Source of the DNA: Eledone cirrhosa
Lineage: Eukaryota
Assembly: GCA_964016885.1 (NCBI GenBank)
Contig: OZ024740.1
Span: 190,836,001 to 190,900,000 of the forward strand
Direction: 5' to 3'
Length of the DNA: 64,000 nt
Each line of letters starts with the position of its first letter. Position 1 is the first letter of the stretch. Below are positions 1 through 13,100 of this stretch, piece by piece. The translations under genes and the position numbers were made by a program. The notes below the pieces were generated by a model. The model did not search any database. It saw nothing but the letters and a program-made list of their open reading frames with translations, and was not told where the DNA came from.

Positions 1-1497
1 GTCGATTCCACAATTGGAATTTCGCATCAGGATCAATGCTCTGTGTCACTGCGATATGTATCGAAAAGTGGCTACGCACAGGAGCATTTCCTGTCGTTTT
101 GTGAACTAGAATCAGCAGCCACTGAATCATTTTACGATACGTTTATGGAAGTTCTTTTCCAGGATCTATCCATGGATGCTCAATATATTAAAGGACAAGC
201 TTACGACGGAGCGTCGAATATGTCCGGCCATATTTCTCGGCTTCAGGCTAGAGTTGAAGAGAGATGCTCTTCGAAAGCTATTTACATCCATTGTTGCGCT
301 CATAGCCTGAACCTGGTGTTAATCGATGCTACGCAATCGTCAGAGGATGTTAAATTATTTGTTGGTATATTGGAGAGCCTGTATGTTTTCTTAACATCAA
401 GCTTGCCAAGGCTGAAAATCCTCGAAGAAGAACAAGAAAAACTATTGACTTCAACGGTATTAACATTAAAAAGACTCTCAGATACGCGCTGGTTTAGTCA
501 CATTCAGGGCGTAGAGGCTACCATTAACAACTTACCGGCAGTAATAAGTGCACTAGAGAGGATAATAAGTGGGGATTTTCACAACACTGATCCGAAAGTA
601 TTAACCGAGGCCAGAGGTTTGCTACTAAATATGAGCAAGTTTGAATTCATTTTCATGTTGAAGTTTTTTCAGAATTTACTTAAAAAGCTGCATTCTGTTT
701 CACAATATTTGCAGAAGGAGGCTATCGACTTATATTCCGCGGACATCATGATTAAAAATGTCGTAAAAGAAATTGAAGACATCCGCTCAAATGAATATTT
801 TGACCGAACATTATTAGAAGCTAAAAATATCTCGCCGAGCAATGTCAAGTTGAACCACAGTTTACAACAGAAAAACGAAAAAGAAAAAAAGAAGCGTTTT
901 CATGACGAAAATGCCAGTGACGAACCTCATGAAAAGATGAGTCAGCATTTTAAACGGGACGTTTATTTCACTATCTTAGATAGAATCATTAGTAGCTTTA
1001 ATGAACGTTTTGCCAACTTGCACAATCTCGTGAAGCATTTTTCGTGCTTGATACCGGCGCACTTCGACGACGACGACACATGCAATAGAGAGAGAATCGA
1101 TAATCTTGTGAAATTCTACGAGGGCTACATCGAAAATGACACTATCTTCGACGAGTATTTATCATTCAAAGATTTTTAAAAGGAAGTATGTTTAGATAAA
1201 TCCATATCGAGTTCTGAGATCGTTCCGTTTATGATTTCTAATGACTTAGTTACAGCCTATCCGAACGTGTTTGCCTTATACAACATGTTCATAACTATTC
1301 CAGTTAGCTCGGCGCAGTCTGAGCGAACCTTCAGCAGCCTCAGACTGATAAATAATTATTTGCGTAGTACCATGAGTGAAGAGCGGTTGAATGCCCTGGC
1401 AATGATGTACATAGAGCGAGAACTGGCTGAAAAAATTGACTTCAGCAGCGTGATTTAAAAATTTTCTAAATTAAAACATCGCAAATTAGATCTGTAG
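1..1497 (+). pseudogene. hAT-superfamily (ZMYM1-like) transposase pseudogene, 5' part outside the window
   Basis: Motifs GQAYDGASNMSG, YIHCCAHSLNL, LSDTRW and the C-terminal hATC dimerisation block TIPVSSAQSERTFSSLRLINNYLRSTMSEERLNALAMMYIE. ORFs 43-1179 and 1231-1458 are in one frame, broken by TAA at 1177-1179 and 1456-1458. The likely natural stop is TAG at 1495-1497 (KFSKLKHRKLDL*). Confidence 0.93.
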
Positions 1498-1828
1498 TAC
1501 AAGTGATGTAGTCGAATGTGAAAGTAAAGTTTTAGATGGACGATTTGTTGTACATACGCATTTTTGTTGGTGAATAATCGATTGCAAAACTAGTTTTCTT
1601 GGATGTTGTTTTTTTTCTGAAGATAGACCACCGTCTTCGCAGTTAATAAAGTTTTCACGGAACATGCTAACTCTGTAATCTATGATGCTGTCTACTCTAT
1701 TATAAATTATTATCTATTCTATATGCGTGTATGAACATATTTCCTTGCAGCCGATGGAAATGAGCCGATGGAATTGGTGGGCGGACCCCAGTTAGATGGA
1801 AATTGACACCCCCGCCTGGTTTTAAAAG

Positions 1829-1843
1829 CTAGTTACGCCATTG
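1829..1843 (-). mobile_element. 3' terminal inverted repeat of the hAT element
   Basis: CTAGTTACGCCATTG, reverse complement CAATGGCGTAACTAG, resembles CAGTGGCGTA-type hAT termini. It lies about 330 bp after the transposase stop and the sequence switches abruptly to SINE after it. Confidence 0.75.
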
Positions 1844-2008
1844 GTTGGACGCCAAGCTTTCTAACATAGTTACGTCCCTTTACTGTCTGAGGTCAAATCC
1901 CGTGGAGTTTAACTTTGCCTTTCATCCTTATGGAGTTGATAAAATAAAGTACCAGTAATGTACTGGTTATTTGCTGGCCTTGTGCCAAAAGTAGAAACAT
2001 TTATTTAT
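1844..2008 (+). mobile_element. tRNA-derived SINE (family S1), 5' head missing
   Basis: B-box-like GAGGTCAAATCCC, conserved body ACTTTGCCTTTCATCCTTATGGAGTTGATAAAATAAAGTACCAG, tail GCTGGCCTTGTGCCAAAAGTAGAAAC. Several other copies occur in the window. Confidence 0.85.
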
Positions 2009-2247
2009 TTATGGTTACCATGGTACTACTTAATTCATCAGAAGGTTCTCTTCGACATGCACTTGATAGGTTTATAACCGAGTGTTGCAGGAATGAAAAA
2101 AAGATAATTCTAGGAACTGTTGTAGTAATGCGCTAGCATCAGTATATGGCTATCACACGAAGTGTGGTAAGTGGAAAAGCTACACTGAGCATCTTCATTA
2201 TTCATGCCAACCCTTAAATGTGGACATAAATCTTGGGTATGGACGGA

Positions 2248-2428
2248 AATAATTGTTTCTACTTTTGGCACAAGGCCAGCAAATTACCCAGTGCATTACT
2301 GGTACTTGATTTTATCGACCCCGTAAGGATGAAAGGCAAAGTTAACCTCGGCGGGATTTGAACTCAGAATGGCAAGGGCCGTAACTCTATACGTCAAAGC
2401 ATGGCGTCCGACCCTCTACCGATACTGG
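2248..2428 (-). mobile_element. tRNA-derived SINE (family S1)
   Basis: Reverse complement of the 1844-2008 copy, with B-box GAGTTCAAATCCC and more of the head. Confidence 0.85.
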
Positions 2429-2678
2429 GAAATAATACAATCGTTACAGGTGTGGTAGAAATGATCTTTGTATAAGGTTACTTGATAGAGAGTCGAGGTC
2501 GAATATCATAGTGTTGTTGCAATTAGATCCTACTTCTCAAGATTGTGAGATCTCAGCTCCGATAATACTGACACATGCTTAGAATGTATGACGAAAAATA
2601 ACTTCACAAATTCAAAGGAAAGGACCCGGTCAATGGCGTGCTAGAGGTTTATACCCACCATGCACACTGCCAGGTCTA

Positions 2679-2742
2679 GAAGAAGAAGAAGAAGAAGAAG
2701 AAGAAGAAGAAGAAGAAGAAGAAGAAGAAGAAGAAGAAGAAG
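2679..2742. repeat. (AGA)n microsatellite
   Basis: Pure trinucleotide run. Confidence 0.95.
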
Positions 2743-2779
2743 ATGACCTAATCGTGGAAAAACTGCATGGCTGGCCAAT

Positions 2780-3281
2780 ATTTAAAGAGAATAAACCGAA
2801 TACTCTGATGGCTCCTCGATGAAGTAGGAAAAATGAAGGTTTTCACATAAGACGGTCCCTAGGGCATCAAGAAAATGAATTTTTTTATGTGCATAATATA
2901 CTTTGAAATTGCGGGAAAATCGGCTAGACGTAACGCCTCCAAAAAGCCCTAAAAAGTTGAACAAATGAAGTTTTTAACCTAATGCGGGGCCTAGGCCATA
3001 ACTAAATTTGGATTTTCTTTGCTCACGGTATGAAGAAGAGACTGACTAATACATAGTTCCAATTTAAAGGAAATCGGTCTGACGTAACGCCTCCAAAAAA
3101 ACATAAAATCTTAAAAAACGCAGTTTTTTCCTTGAGGAGACAAAATGTTGGATCTTTTAATGTGCATATCGTTCCCTGAAACATAGGTAATATATATGTA
3201 AAGTTTGAAAAAAAATCGGTTGGGTAGTTCTGGAGTTTTAGGGATTCAAACTCAGACAGACACACACACACAGAGACACAC

Positions 3282-3334
<53 letters not shown>

Positions 3335-3652
3335 CACACACACACATACATCCTCAGGGAAGTGACGTAATGCAGACAGCCAGACATAGAGACAGATATT
3401 ATAAGGGCGCGACGTTATATGTATGTATCTATCTAAAAAGATAAAAACTAAGAATTATAGTTAGAGATCGGTAAATCGCCTAATGCGGTCCTTAGAGCAG
3501 AGACAATTTGAAATTGCTTTTGCTCAGAACACTCCCGGATACATAAGTATTACATGTGTAAAGTTTAAAAACAATCGGTTGGGTGGTTCACGAGTTTTAG
3601 GTATTCAAACTCACACACACACAGACAGACATCCTTAGTTTTATATATATAG
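2780..3652 (+). mobile_element. Non-autonomous Helitron-like element with internal subrepeats
   Basis: Repeated GAAAATCGG..GACGTAACGCCTCCAAAA (about 2915 and 3070) and AAATCGGTTGGGT.GTTC..GAGTTTTAGG.ATTCAAACTCA-(CA)n..AGACAGAC (about 3212 and 3573), ending in TTTTATATATATAG. This end style is typical of invertebrate non-autonomous Helitrons. Confidence 0.5.
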
Positions 3653-3716
3653 ACAGTTATAATAATAATATTTATACTTATTTATGTTTAATATATAATT
3701 ATAAATATTCTTGAAT

Positions 3717-4350
3717 AGAAACATGTTTGAATGAAAATTACCTATCTAATTCAATCACGTTTTTTGCATTACATCTGACATAACATATAACTATCTTATC
3801 ACCCATGTCCCCCTACCATATAGCACGCCATTATTAAATATGTGAACATGTATAACACTGTAAGATGCTTTTACATTCTACACGAAATATGGTTATTACA
3901 GCTGTAATATAAATCTTACCTCATACATGCCTTATTGATTGTATTGCCTCTTGCATTATATACCTTTAACGTTACCTGATTTCCAACATTTTGATATCTT
4001 CTGTCTATCCTATCTTCCATTCCTTCTTGATTGTACTTTGTTTTGCTTGTACCTTTTGCACATGCATTACCTTAAACAATACCTTTATACAAAATGTTGA
4101 GTATTTTACACTTTTCACTATTTCCCCTTGTAATTGTGTTCTCTGAAACATAACATTATTTTATCTCCCGATTTTCTATATGATGTCTAGGACACTGACA
4201 ACAGTTATGTATCTACCTAAATGTTCTGAAGGCTGGGATTTTAATCACCTGTTTAGACATTGACTATGTTCCGATGCTTCAAGTCCTCCCTCTGGAAGAA
4301 ACAATTGTCAGCAAATAAATGTGTTAAAAGATTTGATTGTATAAACATTT

Positions 4351-4352
<2 letters not shown>
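3717..4352 (+). mobile_element. PLE pseudo-LTR-like repeat (family A) with decayed HHR at 4271-4309
   Basis: Collinear with 16727-17250. Ends with CCGATGC..TCTGGAA GAAAC AATT GTC, then AATAAA and a (TA)n tract. Confidence 0.65.
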
Positions 4353-4409
<57 letters not shown>

Positions 4410-4821
4410 CAGCTGACGTACCTGGCTTCACTCGGGAAAACAGGTAAGAGAAGACGGTTACAAATATAAACGGCTGTATTTTATGTGTTGTCTGGTATGT
4501 GGAGGGACGTAATGCGTGTATGTTTGTGTGTGTGTGGGTATGTGCGTGTGTGCGTGTACGCGCGCGTATGTGTGTGTGTGTGTGTGTCTGAGAGAGAGAG
4601 AGTGTGTCAGAGAGACATAAAAAAAACTATAATAAAACTTGCAGCATGATTAAGTATGAATGGATTCTCAGATTCCGATTTCTCTCTGACATACACTTTT
4701 CTCATTGTTCTAATTTATTTCTAATTCATTTTTATTGAATATTAGTGACTAATAATATTTGATTTACTGCAACTAATATAGATCATTTGTAAGAGATTTG
4801 TAATTACTTCCCTAATGTATG

Positions 4822-4853
<32 letters not shown>

Positions 4854-4883
4854 CACATACATATAAGTATTTATATATATATG

Positions 4884-4959
<76 letters not shown>

Positions 4960-5929
4960 TATATATATATATATATATATAATTCAGTGAACATCAGAAA
5001 ACTGTGAGCAGTAGAAATAAAGTGAATAATAGTGATATTTTTGTCGCCAAAAATATAATAGATATTTAGAATGGTTTGCTCGAGTGTCTGACACATATTC
5101 TATGTTCTTTCAATTCACATTTAGTTCTTAATATTGTGTTGCATTTTTTTTCATAAACTTTTAAATATTGTATTTGTCACAGTAGTTTTAAATCTAGTCT
5201 ATGGATATATATCTATATTTAAACTAGCAAAATGAAATGATCTATGGAAACGTGTTTGATATTAAGAAATAGTATTTCAATGTACAAATCTCAATTGACG
5301 AATTTGCTTTTCGGATGATTGATATATCTATTGTTACTAATACACGTCTATTTTCGGGAAACATGAATTATTTCCAAATCTAAACGAAATGTTCATTGAT
5401 AACTCTATATCTCATATATTTCTATTACAAAATGGATTTTTCTTACCAAAGTTAAAAATATGCATATATGTTTTGCATACGAAGCTCTGATTTGGTTTTA
5501 CACACACGCACTCTCTCTCACACACACAATCTCTCACACACACACAAACAAACAGAAACACACAAACACACACACACACACATATATATAAATATAGATA
5601 GTTATACATATGTGTGTATGTGTTTGTGTATAAATATATATACATACATATAATTAAATATATATAGATATAAATAGATAGATAGATAAATTGTAAGATA
5701 GATGGATGTAGGTTTCCGATATAAATTGGGAGGGAAACACTGTCAAAATTGTTACTTAATACGTTAGATGAGTATTGATGTGTTAATATAACTATAAAAA
5801 TGTCTTCCATGGGACTTGACCAGTTTCATTCAGAGGAAAGTAACAGATAATTTCTTACGAATGATACAGTTCTAATGCTGTAGAAGTAAGTTCTACATTA
5901 AAATGAATATTTGCATATATATAAATATA

Positions 5930-5988
<59 letters not shown>

Positions 5989-6309
5989 GGGGGGGGGTAT
6001 GTGTGGGTGTGGGCGGATGCGTGTGTGTGTGTGTGTGAATGTGTGTGTGTCTATGCTTGTATACGGTTGTTGTAATTCAAGATTGATTGTTGGTATTAGA
6101 TTTCCTGACATTATTTCAAAATGTAATGAAAGTAGTAACCTCAAACGTATCTCCTTTCATTATCCAATACCGATCCCTTCAGGCTAAACACAACTCCCTA
6201 TCAAGATGCTTAGTTGCAGACTCACTCGATAAGTTGCCTACCAATGGTCGTCGAACATGCTGACATCTCTCTTCATATGTACTATCACGGTACATGTAAT
6301 CCGGTTCGC

Positions 6310-6351
6310 ACACACATCCCTGCTGACCATTAACACATCAACGAACCTCTT

Positions 6352-6399
<48 letters not shown>

Positions 6400-6795
6400 A
6401 CACAAACACACATATTGTATTAAAGGACTTATTTTTCAGTGACTTCTCAATCAGCCGAGACAAACCTACATTTTGTGCAAAATAAATCTTTAACATTCAC
6501 ATGATCTCTACCGACCAATAAAAATTGTTTTGACCACGATAATTTTTTTCATACATCTGGAGCCACTTTTTTTACATAAAACAGGTAGAATTTCCAAAAC
6601 TAATCAGATTAGAGCAAACATCACGGGCGCTCTATCTCAAAATTATTTTTGAAAAGCATTAGAAATGCGCAACCGGTAAAAACTTAAAACCAAAACTGAA
6701 TACTAACCAATACTATTACTAATTTTTACTTATTCCTAATTAAACTACTTTACACTGGGAACAATTTGTCAGCATTTTCTTTTCCTTTTACCAAT
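6310..6795 (+). repeat. Dispersed direct repeat, copy 1 (about 480 bp)
   Basis: Nearly identical to 9563-10013, from CACACATCCCTGCTGACCATT to CACTGGGAACAATTTG.CAGCATTTTCT. Confidence 0.9.
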
Positions 6796-7189
6796 ATATC
6801 ATAACTCGTGTGATACACCTCTATTCTTTTAAATATATATATATGCATACATACACACAGACATGCACATATATATATATGATGGCTGCAAACTCTGCTT
6901 AGAGTATTGTAATCGCTTGTCAGATTATAGAGTTTCGTGCACTTTTCGGCTACCGCTAGCCATATAATCTTGTAACATATTCTGAACAAGCAATGGCGGT
7001 GATTTGAAAGTTTTTTCTTTAAATGTGGAAAGGCCTTGCACTCGACCAATCTCACTGTCTGAGCATCGAAATTACTACCCGAAAAGTAGAACTTGTGAAC
7101 ATCAACGGGTGCTTCCGAAACCGCGGGTGTTTTTTTTTTCAGAGATTCCCTCTCTTAGAAAGGTGTTGTAATAACAGCTGGGACCTTTT

Positions 7190-7358
7190 CACTTCCAGGC
7201 CCCCAAAAAAGAAAGTACTATGTGGATGGCCGTTGACTCTGCTGAATTCGTCCACCGTTTACCGCGACTTGCATTTCATGCCATAGGGTGTCCAAATATC
7301 TCCCTCTTCACCAAGCAAGATTGGTTACATGTCACCAGTACCACCTGAGAGCGACCTG
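7190..7358 (-). mobile_element. RTE-type LINE 5' UTR fragment (same family as 19249)
   Basis: Reverse strand AGGTCGCTCTCAGGTGGTACTGGTGACATGTAACC..CTTGGTGAAGAGGG matches 19250-19370 and begins next to a (CA)n/(GT)n tract. The RTE assignment rests on recalled family appearance. Confidence 0.5.
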
Positions 7359-7393
7359 ACACACATATATACATACATACATACATACACACA

Positions 7394-7452
<59 letters not shown>

Positions 7453-9562
7453 ATATATACGGGGATGGGGGTGGCTGCATATTCACTGGGTTAGCATGTT
7501 TCAATATATATATATATATATATATTATATATGGATACTCAATACAACTATCTGTAAGGTTTTTCCCTTTTGCAAAAGGATAAACACTCCATCGAAACAC
7601 ATATGCGCATTATTATATCAGGTCCAAAGAAATAAAGAAGCTGAAAACTTTAAAATCCCACATGATTGTAACTCTTATAACGTTTAATATATATTCATTC
7701 AAATAGCCAACAGATCTGGAAAGACTTACTTACGATATTATCTGTAAAGATGTTTCCACCTCGTGTGAAGTCTTATGTTGAAACATGTGAATTGTTCCGA
7801 TGTATTTTCCATCTCAGTGGTATGGGGCGTTTCGCCAGACAGTAGTTTTCTTTCTCGTGGCCATAGAACACGCCAATAACGTGCTGAACATAAAACGAAC
7901 GATCTGTTGAAAAGTATTGTATTTAAAATGGGCTTAAGTAATATCATAAATAGTTTGAGTAGGAATGAGAATAGACAGTTTATAAATATATTTGACTGAT
8001 TGCAAATTCCTGGGCAAAATGTTAAGTGTAACAGAGAAAGAAATGGATTGATGGCTTTACTGTCTAAAGAGGATTAAAGATAAGTGTAACATAAGTTTAA
8101 AAAGAATGGAGGTTAATTCGCAGACAAGTTATCTATATTCAAACAGTATACGACTGCTAATGATGATGGTCATATGATGGGAATGATAACACATGTGACA
8201 TGTTTATATTATTGATAAGGGCACACAAATATAGACCTGAAGAATGTCAAACAGAAACTTTAATAATATATATTATATTAAGTCTATTGTTGAATATTAC
8301 AAATTTTAATGAGACTTTCTATCCTTCACAATCTTTTTATTGTTGCAGTTATTCGACGAACATGTAAGGCAGCAGATTTTAGCCCCATATTTAACTAAGA
8401 AGTTTTGCGTTTTAACACAAGATATGTTATTGCTAATATACTTACATACTGAATTTCAATTCAGATACTGTATTATATGTGTATTTGTTTCCTATGTTTT
8501 GAGACGATTATATACCCATGCGGTGGCAAACCTTCATTGTGCTAGATATAATATTTCCATGTCAGATTTTTAAAGGAATATTCTAATAAAATCATTATCT
8601 TCTGTCGTTTTATGTCCAGTCTTCTTGTTTCATATCTTGACCAGTTCCATTTTTGGATGTTACTAGCCTCGCTTATTTCATATTATTATAATCAACTGTT
8701 CAACAGTTTTGTGGTTAGTGCTGCTTCTGTACATATATAATACTTATATGCTGCCATGTTGTGGAACATGTATTTGGTGATTTTTTCTGTTTATTTTGCT
8801 TTTGAATCAGTTTACATTCGACAAAGAAAATTTAAATTGTGTTAAATGAAGATATTATAATGTAGAATCATGATAAGCCATATTTAAGAATAAACCCGAG
8901 GCTTCGAAATGGAAGCGATTCGCCCATTTCTTGATATATATTGTGATATACAATACGTCAATTTTAAGTACAGAGGTCATGCTCCACTATTACATATCAA
9001 ACATATAAATCAGGTTTTCAAAGATTTTATTAGGTAGATGGAAGAAAACTAAGAATACGGGTGAGAATTCAGATATGGTCATACATACTAATTCCAATAC
9101 GGCAAGCCCTAATGGATTCCCCTTGCATTACGTACAATCTGGACACTCACACACACCTTGGTTTTATGCCAATACTAAATATCATTTCACATCTTTTATT
9201 ATTAAGGTTTTTGATGTTCTATTGAGAGAATCGTTTTTACTGAAAATATCGAATAATGTACACCATTTTTCCAGTACACAAAAATACTGGTCCACCCACA
9301 CACACACACAGACATATACACGCGTACATTAACATACAAAAAGACATACACACACACACACACACACACACACTTCTCCGTATAAGACAAGAGCTGAAAA
9401 ATATATTTTAACATGTTAAAATATCCCCCACTCACGTACAGACACATTCCTACTGACGATCCCTCTACCACGAATTACTCTGCTATACACACACACACAC
9501 ACACAGACACATTTGTCTTAATAGGCATCTGAACGGTTGACCTGTCAGCAGGCTGCGGTTCA

Positions 9563-10013
9563 CACACACATCCCTGCTGACCATTATCACAACAAGGAAC
9601 CTCTTTACTACTATTACTGAACACACACACACACATATTTGACTTAAAAGACTTATTTTTCAGTGACTTCTCATCAGCCGAGACAAACCTACATTTGGCG
9701 CAAAATCAATTTTTAAAATTCACATGACCTCTACCGACCAATCAAAATTGTTTTGACCACAACATTTGTTCATACATCTGGAGCAACTTTTTTTACATAA
9801 AACAGGTAGAATTTCCAAAACTAATCAGATTAGAGCAAACATCACGGTCGCTCTATCCCAACATTTTTTTGAAAAGGATTAGAAATGCGCAACCGGTAAA
9901 AACTTAAAACCAAAACTGAATACTAACCAATACTATTATTAATTTTTACTTATTCTTAATTAAACTATTTTTCACTGGGAACAATTTGCCAGCATTTTCT
10001 TTTTTTTTACCAA
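9563..10013 (+). repeat. Dispersed direct repeat, copy 2
   Basis: See 6310-6795. Confidence 0.9.
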
Positions 10014-10014
10014 T

Positions 10015-10134
<120 letters not shown>

Positions 10135-13100
10135 CTATACTTTTCTGTGATTATTCAGTTAACAGAAATGGTTTATATATTTGCATGAAGTGACCGATTA
10201 TATATGTACCTCTTTTATTGGATTCATATATGCGCTCTAATAGATTTATTACAGGCGCCAGAAAAAAATTAATCAAAACAAATGTCATTTTACATCGCAA
10301 TTATTTTTATTTTCTTCAAATTACACCCGACTGACTTTGTAACATTGGGCCATTTTGTATGTTATTTTTCCATAATGATATCTAATAAGGTTTCATCCGC
10401 TGAAGAAATTGCATTAAATCATAAAATCACTATTTGGTCTTCGATTTTGTTCTATTTATTCCTACCTTTTTTCATTTGATATACATTAACCCAATTTAGA
10501 TGTAGTTACAAATTCAATTCATAGAAGTATTGTAATAAATTGGCAGGCATGTAGAAACAAAGTTATTCAAACCGAAGGTTGCTGTTAATGCTTTTGCTCC
10601 GCCACACCATGAAATTGAGGAAGATGAACGTTTTCTTTTAATTCGCTGAAATTGAATGAGATTTGGGAGTATTCCAGCAATATGATACATGCATTAATTT
10701 TTGGTCTTAGTAACTATGTGCGGTGGTAACATTTCCCATCACAATTCAATGGATCTCTGGCCTATATATGCCTAGGCCTTTTGTGAAGCTATCAACATTG
10801 CAACTTTATACCATATTTATAACATTACATACAGTTATTGAAATGGATTACATTAAATTCTAGAGCAAGAAATGTATTCAATCCATTGCCTTAGTTTCAG
10901 ATAAGATGTACCGATAGCGTTAACATTTTGATTATATTTTAACATCATCCAACAATATCTAAGTTATATGTATATTTGAATGTAGTTTGCTTCTTCACAG
11001 AAAATATTCTTCGCCTATTTCCAACTGCAACCTCCGAATCCACAAACATTGTTGATGCGTTATGGCATTAACAGAAATACAGTTAGGAACACGTGCGAAA
11101 TAACTAAAGTTTATCCTAAAACTTGGATGAGATATTAGTATCTTCATGTACTCAAAACATAAGCCATTCCCACTACCCTCAAATCCATTTAGAAAACATT
11201 AATACCCTTCCATTTATGGCCGAGGTATTTAAAATAATATATATCTAACAAAACGATGGAAACTCATTTAATTACATTTCTTTTTCTGTGATTATTATAT
11301 AGTCCGTTCCCAGCTGTTTTTGTACATCTCTCTTTGTGATATTTGTGGGGCCTTGTCCGGGGGCCTCTTCGTCATGTTTTGTATTACTCGTTTTATCATC
11401 AAACGTGCTACGTACCCATCGTAAATATAGGATGCGTTAAGAAACTCAATATAACATAATATTGAGTTGTTTTTGAAAACAACAATTGTTAGATACACTG
11501 TTTTTCGATAGTGCGTTGCATCAATTGCCAACCTTTTGCTAAATGATTGCAAGCTGAATGATGAGAAACCATACACTGTCTTCTGAACAGTATCATGTTC
11601 ACATTCATAGCCAATAACTCTACACTACACCGATCCATGCCATTCTTTTCCTCATGACTTGCGCTTCAGGTAGCATGTGACAGCAATCATCCTCCACGAA
11701 TCATTCAGCAATTTTTGCCAGGAAATCATGAGTCTGGTGATTATACCAGGATTCTTTTACTCTGAGATATACCAAAATCTTCTTCGTAATATTAATTCAA
11801 GCCCACAGATCAGCTTATCTAAAGACCTTCAAATGACAATTGATTGGCATTTCTGCAGCACTTTGTGTCCACTATATTTATCGTATAGTTGACCAACGAA
11901 TACACCCTAGCTAATTCTGTTTAGATTTCCATATCAAAATTTGAAGTTTATGGGTTAGTATTTTCACTTTTTACACATTTGGAAGAGAATAAATTTATTT
12001 TGCGTCGAAAATCATGGCTAATGTTAAACTTTATATTTACGTTTGCTTCGGCCTTTCACATACGTCTAATTCTTTATCACATGGTGCGTTGAGGTTCAAC
12101 GGAAAGTCTAATACAACTCTCCATCTATTGTCTGTTAGCTGAGTTAACATCATGAATGAACATACAACACCTTTCTCAGATTTCCTCAATGGTACAAGCA
12201 TGTCATCTATCTATCTTTACATTGCTTTCTGTTATACGGTATTCCGTACAGTGTTTCTTGTAGCAACTCAGCCTGTTCTTAAATAACGAATCATCTCTAT
12301 TCAACTTCTATTCCGCAGTTCGTATTTCAACACTAAATTATTAATATTGCAACTCTCTTTTATATTTCATTACCACAGTAACATATGTTTGACTGAGCCC
12401 ATTAATAATTCAAAATGATAAGCGTTTCTCGTGTAAGTTGAAAAAAACTTTTACATTAAAACTAAACACAGTGACATCTTAAACAACGCTACACTCCCAA
12501 TTACCCAGATAACTCATTGCACCCAGTGTATTGTTACTTATAATGTCATGTTCATTTGCAAATGAATTCCGTTCCACATTCAGCTTTCAAACCTCCTCAG
12601 AGTTTCAAACGCCGTGATATGATAAGCATCGACATAAGCCTACACTGTCTTCAATCTACTGCAACATTCACTAAACATAATTTACTGGTTAGAAAAAGAT
12701 GCTACGTCACCATTACCAGTTTTCTTGTTCTGTGTATTGAACTATGTAACGCAGTTGATAATGTATATTAGTGATAATTAGAAATGCTTACGAATAATTA
12801 ACAACCGAGACATACAATTGATCTCTAATATTTCGCATTTAGCCACTGCATTCTCGCGGTGTTCACCATTTGTATTATGTTGCCTTCTGTCATAATAAAC
12901 AGCGACCGCTGCTGTCCCATATCATATGAATAACATTGCATCATATGAATAACAACACCAAGCGTTCATCATTACCTCTTACTACGGAGTTCATATCAGA
13001 TGACTGTTAAAGGGACATAGATATCTGACAGGAAATACAGGTTACAATTGCAAGATGAACGAGTCACATTAAGTATCCTCTCACATGTACTAATCCTGCG

